Both the position numbers and the translations under genes were made by a program. Of a stretch of 40,857 nucleotides of DNA, positions 1-11,366 are shown piece by piece. Positions within the stretch are counted from its first letter, which is position 1, and the number at the start of each line of letters is the position of its first letter. The stretch is from an uncultured Gammaproteobacteria bacterium (GTDB lineage: Bacteria > Pseudomonadota > Gammaproteobacteria > Magnimaribacterales > TMED112): the NCBI GenBank assembly GCA_913044115.1, contig CAJWNO010000004.1, forward strand, positions 1 through 40,857. The letters run 5' to 3'. The notes beneath the pieces were generated by a model. That model made no database searches. It saw nothing but the letters and a program-made list of their open reading frames with translations, and was not told where the DNA came from.

Positions 1-93
1 TTTTGTTTCTTTTGTTTCAGTTTTCTTAGCAGCAGCTTTCTTAGGTTTTGTTTCTTTTGTTTCGGCTTCAGCAGGTTCTGTTTCTTTTGTTTC
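1..93 (-). repeat. Three copies of an 18-nt coding repeat (GAAACAAAAGAAACA[A/G]AA, ETKET[K/E]) in the L17 tail
   Basis: + strand ttttgtttcttttgtttc at 1-18 and 46-63 (identical) and ttctgtttcttttgtttc at 76-93 (17/18). Confidence 0.85.
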
Positions 94-546
94 TTCAGCT
101 TTGTTATCGATCAATGCATCTTCTGTAACAATAGGTTCTTCTAGAGGTGTATTTTCAGGCTCTGCTACCTGTTCTGTAGCCTCTAATTCTTTTCTAATAG
201 TTAGTTCTACAAAACATATATCAGCTTTGTCACCTTCTCTGAAACCTGCTTTAATCACCCTTAGATATCCTCCATTAGTTTCACTGAACCTAGGGCCTAA
301 ATCAGAAAATAGTTTTGATACCGCACTTTTTGAGTGTAATTCTGAAATAACCTGTCTTCTATTGTGAAGTGTATCTTCTTTAGCTCTTGTAATTAAAGGC
401 TCAACAAACCTTCTCAACTCTTTGCCTTTTTCTACTGTTGTTTTTACAACTTCGTGCTCAATCAGAGAGGCAGCAAGATTTCTCATCATAGCCATTCTAT
501 GCGATGATGTTCTGCTGAATCTTCTGCTAAGCTTTCTGTGTCTCAT
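1..546 (-). CDS. rplQ: 50S ribosomal protein L17 with long low-complexity C-terminal extension (3'-partial, runs off window start)
   Basis: Not in ORF track. Manual translation from ATG at 546 gives MRHRKLSRRFSRTSSHRMAMMRNLAASLIEHEVVKTTVEKGKELRRFVEPLITRAK...GGYLRVIKAGFREGDKADICFVEL, the L17 signature; canonical position after rpoA; no stop before position 1. Confidence 0.97.
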   Translation of the reverse strand, partial: MRHRKLSRRFSRTSSHRMAMMRNLAASLIEHEVVKTTVEKGKELRRFVEPLITRAKEDTLHNRRQVISELHSKSAVSKLFSDLGPRFSETNGGYLRVIKAGFREGDKADICFVELTIRKELEATEQVAEPENTPLEEPIVTEDALIDNKAEETKETEPAEAETKETKPKKAAAKKTETKETK

Positions 547-548
547 AC

Positions 549-1502
549 TTACATTGGTGGCCAGTTCTTGAGGACTGTTCCCATTGATAATCCTCTAGAA
601 GCTAGTTCATCCTTTATTTCATTCAAAGATTTTTTACCTAGATTTGGAGTTTTCAATAGATCCATTTCGCTTCTTTGAATAAGGTCGCCGATTAAGAAAA
701 TGTTTTCTGCTTTTAAACAATTAGTTGATCTGACTGTTAGTTCAAGCTCTTCAATAGATCTTAGAAGCAATGGATCAAAATCATATTTATCTTTTCGCTT
801 TTCTTTCCTAGAAACTAATTCTTCATCAACAAATACTGCTAATTGGTGTTGCATAATTGTTGCTGCATACTTAACTGCTTGTTTTGCATCAATAGTTCCA
901 TCTGTTTCTAGATCAAGGATAAGCTTGTCTAAATCTGTTCTATTTTCAACTCTTGTATTTTCAACTTTGTAATTAACTCTTTTTACAGGTGAAAATATAG
1001 CATCAAGATGTAAAGAATCTATACTCTTATCTTTAGTTTGCTCTGCTGGAACATAACCAATACCAGTTTTAACTTTCATAGTCATGGAAACTTTTTTAGG
1101 CTCAACTAATGTAGCAATTACGTGTTCAGGATCCATCACTTCGACACCTGCTGGAAGTTCAAGATCAGATGCAGTGATTGTTTTTGGTGATTTAACATCT
1201 AATTTGATTTCAGCTTCTGAAGGACCATCTAATTTAATCGCCATATCTTTAAGATTTAAGAGCACATCGAGTATGTCTTCTTTAATTCCCTCAATAGTTC
1301 CATATTCATGGGATACGCCATCTATTTTAACTTCAGTAACTGCAGCACCAGGCATATAAGAAAGCATGATTCTTCTAAGGCTATGTCCTATTGTGTAACC
1401 AAAACCTCTTTCAAAAGGTTCTAAGACAACTCTAAGGTTGTTCTTATCTACTTCATCTACTTTCGCAACTTCAGGTGCTAATACATTTAATTTATCTTCC
1501 AT
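549..1502 (-). CDS. rpoA: RNA polymerase alpha subunit
   Basis: [22 protein letters not shown]; [18 protein letters not shown]...[13 protein letters not shown]; SD GAGG upstream; alpha operon position. Confidence 0.99.
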   Translation of the reverse strand: MEDKLNVLAPEVAKVDEVDKNNLRVVLEPFERGFGYTIGHSLRRIMLSYMPGAAVTEVKIDGVSHEYGTIEGIKEDILDVLLNLKDMAIKLDGPSEAEIKLDVKSPKTITASDLELPAGVEVMDPEHVIATLVEPKKVSMTMKVKTGIGYVPAEQTKDKSIDSLHLDAIFSPVKRVNYKVENTRVENRTDLDKLILDLETDGTIDAKQAVKYAATIMQHQLAVFVDEELVSRKEKRKDKYDFDPLLLRSIEELELTVRSTNCLKAENIFLIGDLIQRSEMDLLKTPNLGKKSLNEIKDELASRGLSMGTVLKNWPPM

Positions 1503-1513
1503 AATTTCCTCTA

Positions 1514-2131
1514 TTATTTTGAGTACAACTCAATAATTAAGTTCTCATTGATTTCTGAACTTAGTTCACTTCTATCTGGGTAGCTTAAAAACTTACCAGA
1601 CATATCATCAAAATTAACTTCCAGCCAACTTGCTTTTTCTTTCGATTTTGCAAGCTCAACTGCAGCTTTAATTCTCAAGTGTTCTTTGCTTTTATCTGTA
1701 ACTGATACTTCATCATCTGGCTTCACGTTATATGAAGGTATGTTTACGACTTTTCCATTCACATTTATGGATTTATGCGCAACAATTTGTCTAGCCTCTG
1801 CTCTTGTAACACCAAAGCCCATTCTATAGACAACATTATCAAGTCTTGTTTCTAGTAAGTTAAGAAGGTTTTCTCCTGTGTTACCTTGTGATTTAGCAGC
1901 TTTTAAGTAGTAGTTTCTAAACTGTCTCTCTAAAAGACCATACATTCTTTTAACTTTTTGTTTTTCTCTGAGCTGAGTTCCATAATCCGAAAGCCTTCCT
2001 CTAGACATTGCATTGCCTGGTTTTTTATCAAATTTACATTTTGATTCAACAGCTCTAGTGCCAGAAGTAAGCATCAGGTCTGTGCCTTCTCTTCTGGAAA
2101 GTCTTAGTCTTGGTCCTCTATATCTTGCCAT
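1514..2131 (-). CDS. rpsD: 30S ribosomal protein S4
   Basis: [53 protein letters not shown]. Confidence 0.99.
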   Translation of the reverse strand: MARYRGPRLRLSRREGTDLMLTSGTRAVESKCKFDKKPGNAMSRGRLSDYGTQLREKQKVKRMYGLLERQFRNYYLKAAKSQGNTGENLLNLLETRLDNVVYRMGFGVTRAEARQIVAHKSINVNGKVVNIPSYNVKPDDEVSVTDKSKEHLRIKAAVELAKSKEKASWLEVNFDDMSGKFLSYPDRSELSSEINENLIIELYSK

Positions 2132-2505
2132 TATACTCTTCTCTTCTTAGGTGGCCTGCAACCGTTATGTGGTAGCGGGGTCACATCCGTAATTTTATTG
2201 ATTCTTAAGCCACAGCCATTCAATGCTCTGATTGATGATTCTCTTCCTGCTCCAGGACCCTTTACCCTAACCTCAAGGTTTACCATACCCATTTCTTTCG
2301 CCATGTTTCCTGCTCTTTCAGCAGCAATTTGTGCTGCAAATGGAGTACTTTTCCTTGAGCCTTTAAATCCTGCTCCACCTGAAGTTGCCCAGCACAATGC
2401 ATTACCACCCATATCAGTGATCATTACAATCGTGTTATTAAAGGACGCCTTTACATGCGCTATACCATCAGTAACGATTCTTTTTGTTTTCTTCTTTCCA
2501 GCCAT
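2131..2505 (-). CDS. rpsK: 30S ribosomal protein S11
   Basis: [43 protein letters not shown]. Confidence 0.99.
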   Translation of the reverse strand: MAGKKKTKRIVTDGIAHVKASFNNTIVMITDMGGNALCWATSGGAGFKGSRKSTPFAAQIAAERAGNMAKEMGMVNLEVRVKGPGAGRESSIRALNGCGLRINKITDVTPLPHNGCRPPKKRRV

Positions 2506-2861
2506 TATGCTTTTATAGGTTTCCTAGGACCTTTTCTTGTTCTTGCATTTGTTTTTGTTCTCTGGCCTCTTAAAGGCAAGCTTCTTCTATGTCTGATTCC
2601 TCTATAACAACCAAGATCCATTAACCTTTTGATATTGAAGTTAATATCTCTTCTTAGATCTCCTTCAATCTGAAACTCTTTCAATTCGTCTCTGATTTTG
2701 TCCAGTTGATCTTCTGAGAGTTCTGAGACTTTTTTTGAATATTTAATTTTTAGTTTGTCACAGATATCTTGTGCTGTTTTTCGCCCAATTCCATAGATAT
2801 GCGTAAGAGACACATCAATGTGTTTATTATCTGGTATATTTATTCCACCAACTCTAGCCAT
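2505..2861 (-). CDS. rpsM: 30S ribosomal protein S13
   Basis: [43 protein letters not shown]. Confidence 0.99.
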   Translation of the reverse strand: MARVGGINIPDNKHIDVSLTHIYGIGRKTAQDICDKLKIKYSKKVSELSEDQLDKIRDELKEFQIEGDLRRDINFNIKRLMDLGCYRGIRHRRSLPLRGQRTKTNARTRKGPRKPIKA

Positions 2862-2863
2862 AA

Positions 2864-2980
2864 TTATCCTTGTCTCTGTTTATGCCTCTTATTCTTATTG
2901 CAAATCACAAACAATGTGCCTGTTCTCTTTACAATTTTGCAATCCTTGCAAATTCTTTTTATTGACGATCTTACTTTCAT
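2864..2980 (-). CDS. rpmJ: 50S ribosomal protein L36 (Zn-ribbon, C+ type), 38 aa
   Basis: Not in ORF track. Manual translation [38 protein letters not shown]; ATGA overlap with the secY stop; canonical position. Confidence 0.97.
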   Translation of the reverse strand: MKVRSSIKRICKDCKIVKRTGTLFVICNKNKRHKQRQG

Positions 2981-4275
2981 CTTCTTCTACTCTTTTTTGA
3001 GCCGGAAATATTAGCATTTTTTAAGATAGATGCATATTGTTGGCTCATAACATATGACTGAATTTGTCTCTGCAAATCTAACATTACAACTACTACGATA
3101 AGAACTGATGTACCTCCCAAGTAGAAAGAAATCCCAAAACTATTAATTAATAGCAAAGGAAGTATACAAACTAACGATAAATAAAATGCACCAAATACCG
3201 TTAAACGGGACAAAATTGTGTCAATAAAGGTTGCTGTTTGATCTCCTGGCCTTATGCCTGGTATATAAGCCCCGCTTCTCTTGAGGTTTTCAGCCATATC
3301 ATTTGAACTGAATGTTAAAGCAAGCCAAATATAGCAGAATGAAACAATTAAAATAACAAATAAAAGTATATAAAGGGGTTGGCCAGGGTTTAAATATAGT
3401 GCAAATTCTTGTAAGCCGCCCAGCCCATCAATATTACCAAACCAAGATGATAGAGTTGCTGGAAATAACAAAAAGGTGCTTGCAAATATTGCTGGAATAA
3501 CACCAGACATATTTAATTTTAGTGGTAGAAAGCTAGATGGAGCTTGAACCATCCCTCTGACTTGATGTCTTTGAGCATAGTTTACTGTTATTTTTCTTTG
3601 TGCATTCTCTACAAAGACCACTAAAGCTACAACTAAAAGAGTTAAGAGTCCAAGAACAATCAAAATAAGATAGTTTAGGTCTCCCTGTTGAGTTTGTTCT
3701 AAAGCTTGTCCAAAAGCTCTAGGAACTCCAGTAATAATACTTGTGGCAATGATAAGGGAAATCCCATTACCTATACCTCTTTCTGAAATCTGTTCCCCAA
3801 GCCACATTAAGAAAACAGTACCAGTTACAATTGATAAGACAGCAACTATAGCTCCAAAAATGCTGCTTGATTCTATAAGACCAGCAGTTTGCAAGGTAAC
3901 TGTTAGTGCTGTTGATTGTATAAGAGCAAATACAACTGTGCCATACCTTGTGTATTGAGTAATTTTATTTCTGCCTGCTTGTCCGTCTTTTTTGAGTTCC
4001 TGCAAATATGGGAGTGAATTAGAAAAAAGCTGCATAACAATAGCAGCTGAAATGTAAGGCACAACACTGAGGGCAAATATACTCATTCTTTCAAGAGCCC
4101 CACCTGAAAATAGGTTGAAATATTGTAGGATAGTGCCTTGGCTTTGTTGAAATAGCGCTGCAACTTGTTCAGGATTGATCCCAGGAATAGGAATATGTGT
4201 TCCAATTCTGTAAACAAGTAATGCAAAAGCTAGAAATCCTAGTCTCTTCCATAATTCAGACATTGAATTATCCAA
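2977..4275 (-). CDS. secY: Preprotein translocase subunit SecY (TTG start at 4275; alternative ATG at 4263)
   Basis: [64 protein letters not shown]; AGGAG 6 nt before the TTG. Confidence 0.99.
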   Translation of the reverse strand: MDNSMSELWKRLGFLAFALLVYRIGTHIPIPGINPEQVAALFQQSQGTILQYFNLFSGGALERMSIFALSVVPYISAAIVMQLFSNSLPYLQELKKDGQAGRNKITQYTRYGTVVFALIQSTALTVTLQTAGLIESSSIFGAIVAVLSIVTGTVFLMWLGEQISERGIGNGISLIIATSIITGVPRAFGQALEQTQQGDLNYLILIVLGLLTLLVVALVVFVENAQRKITVNYAQRHQVRGMVQAPSSFLPLKLNMSGVIPAIFASTFLLFPATLSSWFGNIDGLGGLQEFALYLNPGQPLYILLFVILIVSFCYIWLALTFSSNDMAENLKRSGAYIPGIRPGDQTATFIDTILSRLTVFGAFYLSLVCILPLLLINSFGISFYLGGTSVLIVVVVMLDLQRQIQSYVMSQQYASILKNANISGSKKSRRR

Positions 4276-4672
4276 CTTTTACTCCTTTTGAAATTCTTAT
4301 ATTTTCATCAGCTGGTTTTTCAGCTAATTTGCCTTCACCAAAAATTTTTACTTTGAGTGTTGATTTTTTTATTAATCCTAATTTTTTTAGATTCTCGATG
4401 CTTATTTTCTTAACGCCTTCTAGATGTTTTACATTAATACTTTCTGAAACCCTTGAGACTCTTGATGTAAAACCAAATTTTGGCAACCTCATCTGAAGTG
4501 GCATTTGGCCGCCTTCAAAACCTGGTCTTACGTTGCCTCCAGATCTTGATTTTTGACCCTTATGGCCTCTACCAGCTGTTTTACCAACTCCAGAACCTGT
4601 GCCTCTACCAACTCTTTTTCTTTCTGATCTAGATTTAGAGTCGCTAATATTATTTAAAGTTAATTTATCCAT
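4268..4672 (-). CDS. rplO: 50S ribosomal protein L15 (start moved to ATG at 4672)
   Basis: KRVGRGTGSGVGKTAGRGHKGQKSRSG, GFEGGQMPLQMRLPKFGF. The track start (4708) lies inside rpmD; ATG 4672 is 1 nt after the rpmD stop with GAGG upstream. Confidence 0.96.
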   Translation of the reverse strand: MDKLTLNNISDSKSRSERKRVGRGTGSGVGKTAGRGHKGQKSRSGGNVRPGFEGGQMPLQMRLPKFGFTSRVSRVSESINVKHLEGVKKISIENLKKLGLIKKSTLKVKIFGEGKLAEKPADENIRISKGVKVG

Positions 4673-4673
4673 G

Positions 4674-4856
4674 CTATTTAACCTCTTCAACTGAGATAAG
4701 GTAATCAACTTGATTGATCATGCCTCTCACTGATGGTGTGTCTTCTAAAACTTTAGAATCACCAATACCTCTTAAACCAAGACCTTTTATTGAAAGTCTA
4801 TGATTCTTTTTTCTGCCTATAAGGCTTTTTAATTGTGTGACCTTAAGTTTTGCCAT
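4674..4856 (-). CDS. rpmD: 50S ribosomal protein L30
   Basis: [12 protein letters not shown]...GLGLRGIG...[13 protein letters not shown]; between rpsE and rplO. Confidence 0.97.
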   Translation of the reverse strand: MAKLKVTQLKSLIGRKKNHRLSIKGLGLRGIGDSKVLEDTPSVRGMINQVDYLISVEEVK

Positions 4857-5344
4857 TATTTTCTTCTCTCTTTCACTTTTTCAGGTGATTCCATCTTAGC
4901 TAAGCCTTCAATTGTTGCTCTTACAACATTTATTGGGTTTGTTGATCCATAACACTTTGCCAGGACATTTTTTATGCCAACAAGCTCTAAGACAGCCCTC
5001 ATTGCACCACCGGCAATGATACCTGTACCTTCTGAAGCAGGCTGCATGTAGACCTTTGTAGCTGAACTCTTCTCATTTATTGGATACCAGATTGTATTAC
5101 CATTTAATTCCACATTTACTAAACTTTTCTTTGCTTCGTCGAGAGCTTTTTGGATTGCGACAGGTACCTCTTTTGCTTTACCTCTACCATAGCCAACTTT
5201 ACCATTCCCATCTCCAACAACAGTGAGTGCAGTAAAAGACATAACTCTTCCGCCTTTCACAGTCTTTGCAACTCTATTAACCTGAACTAGCTTTTCAACT
5301 AAAGTATCCTGCTGTCCCATATTTTGTGCCTGTAAATTTTCCAT
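4856..5344 (-). CDS. rpsE: 30S ribosomal protein S5
   Basis: [44 protein letters not shown]. Confidence 0.99.
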   Translation of the reverse strand: MENLQAQNMGQQDTLVEKLVQVNRVAKTVKGGRVMSFTALTVVGDGNGKVGYGRGKAKEVPVAIQKALDEAKKSLVNVELNGNTIWYPINEKSSATKVYMQPASEGTGIIAGGAMRAVLELVGIKNVLAKCYGSTNPINVVRATIEGLAKMESPEKVKERRK

Positions 5345-5691
5345 TAAAACTCTAAGCCTCCATCTCTTGCACCATCAGCTAGAGCTTTTACTCTGCCGTG
5401 ATATTTATAACCCGATCTATCGAATGTAACTTTCTTATGACCAAGCTCAATTGCTTTTTTTGCAATTTCTGTCCCAATCTTTGTTGCAGCTTCAATATTT
5501 CCACCGCTTTTGCCTTTAAAATCTTTTTGCTGAGTTGAAACAGTAGCCAGAACTTTTCCATTTGAAGAGTCTATAAGTTGTGCAGTGATGTTCTTTAGAG
5601 ATCTTGAGACAGATACCCTCATCAATTGAACTTTTTGCAGTTTTGCTCTTAATTTTCTTGATCTTCTTACTCTTGCTAACTCTTTACTCAT
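5344..5691 (-). CDS. rplR: 50S ribosomal protein L18
   Basis: [26 protein letters not shown]. Confidence 0.98.
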   Translation of the reverse strand: MSKELARVRRSRKLRAKLQKVQLMRVSVSRSLKNITAQLIDSSNGKVLATVSTQQKDFKGKSGGNIEAATKIGTEIAKKAIELGHKKVTFDRSGYKYHGRVKALADGARDGGLEF

Positions 5692-5694
5692 TTT

Positions 5695-6234
5695 TTATCC
5701 TGCTGCTGCTGCTTTCTTTCTTTCTTTTCTTGCAATTTGCTCACCATCGATAAATATACCTTTGCCTTTGTAGGGTTCTGGTGGTCGAAAAGATCTAATC
5801 TCTGCACAAACTTGACCCAATAATTGCTTGTTACATGATGATAATGTCAGTTCAGTCTGGCTATCTTGTTTAGCCTCAACTGTTTCAGGCAAATCATAAT
5901 CAACTGGATGAGAAAAACCTAAAGTAAAAGTAATTTTCTTACCTTGGACTTTTGCTCTGTAACCAACCCCATTTAATTTAACCTTTTTTTCAAATCCTTC
6001 GCTTACACCTTTTACATAATTATTAATAAGTGCACGCATTGTTCCAGCCATAGCCCTTTCTTCATCTAATTTCCACTTTACTTGCAGCATATTTTCTTCA
6101 ATTGCAAAATCTACAGTTTCGTGAATAACTAAACTCATCTCACCTTTTGGTCCCTTGAAGTTAATAGTCTTACCTTCAGTAGTTAGGTTCACTGACTCTG
6201 GAATACTGACTGGATCTTTAGCTACTCTTGACAT
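5695..6234 (-). CDS. rplF: 50S ribosomal protein L6
   Basis: MSRVAKDPV, KGPKG, GVGYRA, LGFSHPV, RPPEPYKGKGI. Confidence 0.99.
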   Translation of the reverse strand: MSRVAKDPVSIPESVNLTTEGKTINFKGPKGEMSLVIHETVDFAIEENMLQVKWKLDEERAMAGTMRALINNYVKGVSEGFEKKVKLNGVGYRAKVQGKKITFTLGFSHPVDYDLPETVEAKQDSQTELTLSSCNKQLLGQVCAEIRSFRPPEPYKGKGIFIDGEQIARKERKKAAAAG

Positions 6235-6620
6235 TAAAATACCCTACAAATTACCTCGCCACCCATTTGTTTTTTAATGGCTTCTCTATCAGTCATAAGA
6301 CCTTTACTAGTTGTTAAAACTTTGAGCCCAAGACCACCTTTATAAGGCTTAATCTCTTTATAACTCAGGTACTTTCTTAGCCCAGGTCTTGATTCTCTTA
6401 CTAATTCTTTTATGACTGGTTGTTCTTCAAAGTACTTCAAAGTAATTTCCAATTCATCAAAGTCTTTTTTCACTTTTTTAACACTTACAAGAAAACCTTC
6501 TTTTACTAAAAGTTTTGCAAGTTCATGCTTAAGCTTGGAGTATGGTGCATTCACCGTCTCTTTGCTTCTCATTAAAGCGTTTCTAATTCTTGTTAATAAA
6601 TCTGCTATCGGATCTGTCAT
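6234..6620 (-). CDS. rpsH: 30S ribosomal protein S8
   Basis: DPIADLLTRIRNA, SRPGLRKY, GLGLKVLTTSKGLMTD, GGEVIC. Confidence 0.99.
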   Translation of the reverse strand: MTDPIADLLTRIRNALMRSKETVNAPYSKLKHELAKLLVKEGFLVSVKKVKKDFDELEITLKYFEEQPVIKELVRESRPGLRKYLSYKEIKPYKGGLGLKVLTTSKGLMTDREAIKKQMGGEVICRVF

Positions 6621-6624
6621 ATTT

Positions 6625-6927
6625 CTACCAACTTGATTTTTTAATGCCTGGCAACTTACCTGACATTGCTAATTCCCTTAGTTTTGTTCTACTTAGGCCA
6701 AATTTTCTATACACACCTTTAGGTCTACCTGTTAATGCACATCTACGGACAACTCTTGAAGGGTTAGAATTCCTTGGCAATTTTTGCAACTTTCTTTGAA
6801 TATCCATTTTTTCTTCAAATGTTGCTGCTTTTCTTTGCTCTTCTTTTAATGCAGCACGTTTTGTTGAAAACTTTTCAACAAGCTTAATTCTCTTTTTTTC
6901 TCTCTCTATAATTGATTTTCTAGCCAT
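6625..6927 (-). CDS. rpsN: 30S ribosomal protein S14 (long, non-Zn type)
   Basis: [42 protein letters not shown]; 100 aa, single Cys. Confidence 0.98.
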   Translation of the reverse strand: MARKSIIEREKKRIKLVEKFSTKRAALKEEQRKAATFEEKMDIQRKLQKLPRNSNPSRVVRRCALTGRPKGVYRKFGLSRTKLRELAMSGKLPGIKKSSW

Positions 6928-7465
6928 TTTTACCTCTAAATGGAAAGTTAAAACACTTTAATAGCTCTTTTGCATCGCTATCTTTTGTTGCAGAAGTTGT
7001 AATTGCTATATCCATACCTCTTAACTTGTCGACTTTGTCATAATCTATTTCTGGAAAAATAATCTGTTCCTTAACACCCATGTTGTAGTTTCCTCTGCCA
7101 TCAAATGATTTTTCACTTAACCCTCTGAAGTCTTTCTCCCTAGGAATAGCCAGATCAACTAGTCTTTCAAAAAAGTCGTACATTTTATCGCCTCTAAGAG
7201 TCACTTTGCACCCAATTGGATATTCCTCTCTAATTTTGAAAGTTGATACAGCCTTTCTAGCTTTTGTAATTACAACTTTTTGTCCAGCAATTGCTTCAAG
7301 ATCGCTAACAGCATGCTCCAGCACTTTTTTATCTTTTGAAGCCTCTCCAACACCCATATTAATTGTAATTTTCTTAAGCTTCGGGACTTGCATGACTGAT
7401 TTATAGCCTAGCTTTTCCTTTAAAACTGGTACAATTTCTTTTGTATATTTATCTTTTAACTTCAT
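6920..7465 (-). CDS. rplE: 50S ribosomal protein L5
   Basis: [42 protein letters not shown]. Confidence 0.99.
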   Translation of the reverse strand: MKLKDKYTKEIVPVLKEKLGYKSVMQVPKLKKITINMGVGEASKDKKVLEHAVSDLEAIAGQKVVITKARKAVSTFKIREEYPIGCKVTLRGDKMYDFFERLVDLAIPREKDFRGLSEKSFDGRGNYNMGVKEQIIFPEIDYDKVDKLRGMDIAITTSATKDSDAKELLKCFNFPFRGKNG

Positions 7466-7785
7466 TATTTAACACTCTTACCTGTTGATCTAAACACTCG
7501 TACTTTCTTTCCTTTTTCGTCTTTAAAAGCAACTTTATCTTGTTTTTTTGTTGAGCTATTCCAAATCATCACGTTCGAAAGATTTATTGGCATCTCTTTC
7601 TCAACAATACCGCCGGTAATACCTAGTTGTGGATTGGGTCTTGTATGTTTTTTAGCAAGATTTAAATCATTTACTACACATTTATCACCAACAATTTTTT
7701 TAATGTTGCCTCTTTTGCCTTTTTCTCTTCCTGAGATAACTATCACTTCATCGCCTTCTCTAAGCTTTGTATTCTTTAATTTCAT
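7465..7785 (-). CDS. rplX: 50S ribosomal protein L24
   Basis: KOW motif [16 protein letters not shown]; [15 protein letters not shown]. Confidence 0.98.
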   Translation of the reverse strand: MKLKNTKLREGDEVIVISGREKGKRGNIKKIVGDKCVVNDLNLAKKHTRPNPQLGITGGIVEKEMPINLSNVMIWNSSTKKQDKVAFKDEKGKKVRVFRSTGKSVK

Positions 7786-8154
7786 TTAAAGTACCTCCGG
7801 CGCAAGCGAAACAATCTTCATAAATTTTGCTGTTCTGAGTTCTCTTGTGACTGGTCCAAATATCCTTGTTGCAACAGGATCCTTATTTGTATTAAGTAGA
7901 ACGACAGCATTTTCATCGAAGCCAATTTTTGAACCGTCTTGCCTTCTAACACCAGATTTACTTCTAACAATCAATGCATTCATTACGGAGCCTTTTTTAA
8001 TTTTGCTCTGTGGAAGAGCTTCTTTTACTGCAACCTTAATTACATCACCTATGTTGGCAGTTCTTCTTTTGGAGCCGCCCAAAACCTTAATACACATAAC
8101 AGCTCTTGCTCCACTGTTATCTGCAACACTTAGCATGCTTTGTGTTTGAATCAC
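7786..8154 (-). CDS. rplN: 50S ribosomal protein L14 (GTG start, GTGA overlap with rpsQ stop)
   Basis: [46 protein letters not shown]. Confidence 0.99.
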   Translation of the reverse strand: MIQTQSMLSVADNSGARAVMCIKVLGGSKRRTANIGDVIKVAVKEALPQSKIKKGSVMNALIVRSKSGVRRQDGSKIGFDENAVVLLNTNKDPVATRIFGPVTRELRTAKFMKIVSLAPEVL

Positions 8155-8402
8155 TCTGATTCTCCTTTTTTTACAACTTCTACAAGCGTCCAGTTTTTTG
8201 TTTTTGACATCGGCTTACACTCTTGAATTCGAACAATATCGCCTTCGTTTGAAACTTCTTTCTCATCATGAACATGGTATTTTGTTGATAAACTAATGTA
8301 TTTGCCATACTTAGGATGTTTCTTACGTCTATCGACCACAACTGTAATTGTCTTATTCATTTTTTGACTTGTTACAGTGCCTTGTAATGTTCTAGCTGCC
8401 AT
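8151..8402 (-). CDS. rpsQ: 30S ribosomal protein S17
   Basis: [34 protein letters not shown]. Confidence 0.98.
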   Translation of the reverse strand: MAARTLQGTVTSQKMNKTITVVVDRRKKHPKYGKYISLSTKYHVHDEKEVSNEGDIVRIQECKPMSKTKNWTLVEVVKKGESE

Positions 8403-8592
8403 TTTTCCCGTTAATCTCCGTTTTAATTCTTGCTATATTTTTTCTAGTTTCTTTTAAAGTGTGACTTTCCTTAAGTTGGCCCATTTTATGTTTGAAATTA
8501 CTCTCAAACAATACTTTTCTATTAGCTATTAATTCAGCTTTTAAATCTTCAACCTTCATTGTTTTGAAATCTTTTATTTTTTTCTTAGCCAT
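8392..8592 (-). CDS. rpmC: 50S ribosomal protein L29
   Basis: [21 protein letters not shown]; between rplP and rpsQ. Confidence 0.94.
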   Translation of the reverse strand: MAKKKIKDFKTMKVEDLKAELIANRKVLFESNFKHKMGQLKESHTLKETRKNIARIKTEINGKNGS

Positions 8593-9001
8593 TTGTACCT
8601 CTCTTCACAAACGTTGTATTCATTGGTAATTTGGCACCTGCTAATTCAAATGCTCTTTTAGCATCTTTTTCATCAACACCAGCTACTTCGTAAAGAATTT
8701 TCCCAGGCTTAATTGGGCTAGCCCAATATTCAACGTTTCCTTTTCCTTTACCTTGTCTTGTTTCAAGTGGTTTTTTTGTAATAGGTTTGTCAGGGAATAC
8801 TCTAATCCAAACTTTTCCACCTCTTTTAATGTGTCTAACAAGCGCTCTTCTAGCAGCTTCTATCTGTCTAGATGTCAACATTCCATGAGTTGTAGCTTTA
8901 AGACCAAAATCACCAAAAGAAACAGAAGACCCAGCAGAAGCAAAACCGTTATTTCTGCCTTTCATTTGTTTTCTATATTTTGTTTTCTTAGGCTGAAGCA
9001 C
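8585..9001 (-). CDS. rplP: 50S ribosomal protein L16 (GTG start)
   Basis: [46 protein letters not shown]; GAGGAG 6 nt before the GTG. Confidence 0.99.
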   Translation of the reverse strand: MLQPKKTKYRKQMKGRNNGFASAGSSVSFGDFGLKATTHGMLTSRQIEAARRALVRHIKRGGKVWIRVFPDKPITKKPLETRQGKGKGNVEYWASPIKPGKILYEVAGVDEKDAKRAFELAGAKLPMNTTFVKRGTNG

Positions 9002-9623
9002 CTTTATCTCCTCTATATATCCAGACCTTAACTCCTATAATTCCATAAGTTGTTAAAGCCTCGCTTGTTGCATAATCAATATCTGCTTTAAGTGTATGAA
9101 GCGGTACACGTCCTTCTCTGTACCATTCAGATCTCGCTATCTCTGCTCCATTTAGTCTTCCTGAAACTTCTATTCTTATTCCTTTAGCGCCCTGACGCAT
9201 TGTATTTTGCACTGCTCTTTTCATTGCTTTTCTAAACATTATTCTTTTTTCTAATTGCTGTGTTACTGATGTAGCAACTAATTGTGCGTCAAGATCAGGC
9301 TGTTTAACTTCTACTACATTTAACTTCACATCTTGGTTTATTATTTTCTTAAGCTCTTTTTTTATTTTCTCGATTTCTTCACCTTTTTTACCAATAACTA
9401 CACCAGGTCTTGAAGTTTTAATATCAACAATTACCTCTTCCATAGTTCTCTTGATGACAACTGAACTTATGGGTGCCTGTGGCAATATTTGGCGTACTCT
9501 TTCTCTTACTTTAATGTCTTCGATGACAAGCTTTGAGTAATCTTTAGATTTAGCAAACCATACAGAATCATGATCTCTTGAAGTTCCTAACCTAAAACCT
9601 ACAGGATTAACTTTCTGACCCAT
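8988..9623 (-). CDS. rpsC: 30S ribosomal protein S3
   Basis: [45 protein letters not shown]. Confidence 0.99.
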   Translation of the reverse strand: MGQKVNPVGFRLGTSRDHDSVWFAKSKDYSKLVIEDIKVRERVRQILPQAPISSVVIKRTMEEVIVDIKTSRPGVVIGKKGEEIEKIKKELKKIINQDVKLNVVEVKQPDLDAQLVATSVTQQLEKRIMFRKAMKRAVQNTMRQGAKGIRIEVSGRLNGAEIARSEWYREGRVPLHTLKADIDYATSEALTTYGIIGVKVWIYRGDKGASA

Positions 9624-9969
9624 TTTTAACCTCCTGCATTTTATTTGTTAATTTAATTTCAATATGACACATAGGTTTTTTAATCCTATCTGCTCTACCT
9701 CTCGCTCTTATTTTTATTCTTTTCATCACTAAACCTTTATTAACGATAATTGATTTTATTTTTAAATCATCGATATCTGCATTCTCATTGTTTTCTGCAT
9801 TTGAAATAGCGGAATCAAGAAGCTTCTTTATTAGTTTCGCCCCTTTTTGTTTTGAGAAGCTTAATACGTCTAATGCTTTCTCAACGTCTAAACCTCTTAC
9901 CATATCTGCTACCAGACAAGCTTTTTGTGGTGAAAGTCTTGCACCTTTCAAATATGCTCTTACTTCCAT
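9607..9969 (-). CDS. rplV: 50S ribosomal protein L22
   Basis: [32 protein letters not shown]. Confidence 0.98.
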   Translation of the reverse strand: MEVRAYLKGARLSPQKACLVADMVRGLDVEKALDVLSFSKQKGAKLIKKLLDSAISNAENNENADIDDLKIKSIIVNKGLVMKRIKIRARGRADRIKKPMCHIEIKLTNKMQEVKNGSES

Positions 9970-10244
9970 TATTTTTTCACCTTCCTGTCGCCAGCATGCA
10001 TTTTAAATGTTCTTGTGATTGAGAATTCTCCCAGTTTTTGTCCTACCATATCTTCCTTTACGAATACTGGGATGTGCTGTCTGCCATTGTGCACAGCAAT
10101 AGTAAGATTCACCATATCCGGAGTAATCATTGAACTTCTAGACCATGTTTTAATAGGTTTTCTGTCATTATTAGCCTTCGCTTTAGCAACTTTTCTTTCA
10201 AGAGATAAATCTACGAATGGTCCTTTTTTACTTGATCTAGCCAT
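9969..10244 (-). CDS. rpsS: 30S ribosomal protein S19
   Basis: [34 protein letters not shown]. Confidence 0.99.
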   Translation of the reverse strand: MARSSKKGPFVDLSLERKVAKAKANNDRKPIKTWSRSSMITPDMVNLTIAVHNGRQHIPVFVKEDMVGQKLGEFSITRTFKMHAGDRKVKK

Positions 10245-11065
10245 TATTTATATCTCCTTTTGACAATTAATTTATCACTCGCTTTTGGTTTTCTTGTTCT
10301 ATAGCCTTTTGTTGGCATACCCCACGGCGTAACTGGATTTCTTCCTCCAGAAGTTTTACCTTCTCCACCACCATGTGGATGATCAACTGGGTTCATGGCC
10401 ACTCCTCTTACTGTTGGCCTTACTCCTCTCCATCTTTTTGCACCTGCTTTTCCTAAAGATTTTAGATTATGTTGTTGATTAGAAATAACACCAATTGTAG
10501 CTCTGCAAGTTAATAAGATCTTTCTCATCTCACCTGAACTTAGTCTTAAAGTTGCATATTTTCCTTCCTTAGCAACCAATCTTGCTGTTGTTCCAGCAGA
10601 CCTAATTAATTGAGCGCCTTTACCAGGCCTCATTTCAATACAATGAACCTCTGTACCTTGTGGGATCTCAGATAGAGGCAGGCAATTTCCAGGCTTAATT
10701 GGAGCCTTATTGCCAGATATAACTTTTGTTTTTTCTTTTAAATCTTTTGGCGCAATAATATATGCTTTTTCGCCATCTTTATATTCAACTAACGCTATAT
10801 TTGCTGATCTATTAGGATCATATTCAATTCTTATCACTGTTGCTTCTACATCAAATTTTTGTCTTTTGAAATCTATTATTCTGTATAGTCTTTTATGTCC
10901 ACCACCTTTGTGTCTGACAGTAATGTGGCCATTATTATTTCTTCCAGAAATCCTTCTTTTAGACTCAACAAGGGTTTTCTCAGGCCTACCCTTGTGAAGC
11001 TCTTCTCTAATTTGAACCCTAAACCTTCTTCCAGGAGATGTAGGTTTTGCTTTGATAATAGCCAT
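10244..11065 (-). CDS. rplB: 50S ribosomal protein L2
   Basis: [48 protein letters not shown]. Confidence 0.99.
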   Translation of the reverse strand: MAIIKAKPTSPGRRFRVQIREELHKGRPEKTLVESKRRISGRNNNGHITVRHKGGGHKRLYRIIDFKRQKFDVEATVIRIEYDPNRSANIALVEYKDGEKAYIIAPKDLKEKTKVISGNKAPIKPGNCLPLSEIPQGTEVHCIEMRPGKGAQLIRSAGTTARLVAKEGKYATLRLSSGEMRKILLTCRATIGVISNQQHNLKSLGKAGAKRWRGVRPTVRGVAMNPVDHPHGGGEGKTSGGRNPVTPWGMPTKGYRTRKPKASDKLIVKRRYK

Positions 11066-11066
11066 G

Positions 11067-11366
11067 TTACTTAAATGGGTTCTCCATGTTTATTTCTTTG
11101 CCTTCAGCAAGCTTTATGTAGGCTTTTTTATATGTTCCTGTCTTATATTTCCCAAACCTTGTTCTTTTATTCTTAAATTTAGTATTAAGAACCCTTACTG
11201 ACTCAACTTTGACACCAAATATCTCTTCAACTGAATTCTTTATCTCAACTTTGGTTGCTTCTTTAGCAACTTTAAACACATATGTATTTGATGTGCTTTT
11301 TTCAATTGCAGCTTTTTCACTAATTACTGGGTTCTTAATTGTTGTGTAAATCTTTTCACTTAACAT
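11067..11366 (-). CDS. rplW: 50S ribosomal protein L23
   Basis: PVISEKA, YVFKV...[27 protein letters not shown]. Confidence 0.98.
   Translation of the reverse strand: MLSEKIYTTIKNPVISEKAAIEKSTSNTYVFKVAKEATKVEIKNSVEEIFGVKVESVRVLNTKFKNKRTRFGKYKTGTYKKAYIKLAEGKEINMENPFK

Noticed and set aside
1-93. Short spaced repeats as a possible CRISPR array
   Set aside because: The 18-nt units are in frame within rplQ, spacers are only 12 and 27 nt, and no cas genes are present.
4673-4708. ORF-track N-terminal extension of L15 ([12 protein letters not shown])
   Set aside because: It overlaps rpmD; the ATG at 4672 has an SD and matches the usual L15 start.
2864-6927. Zn-binding L36 together with Zn-free S14, and absence of adk/map/infA after secY
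   Set aside because: This is the ordinary gammaproteobacterial pattern.
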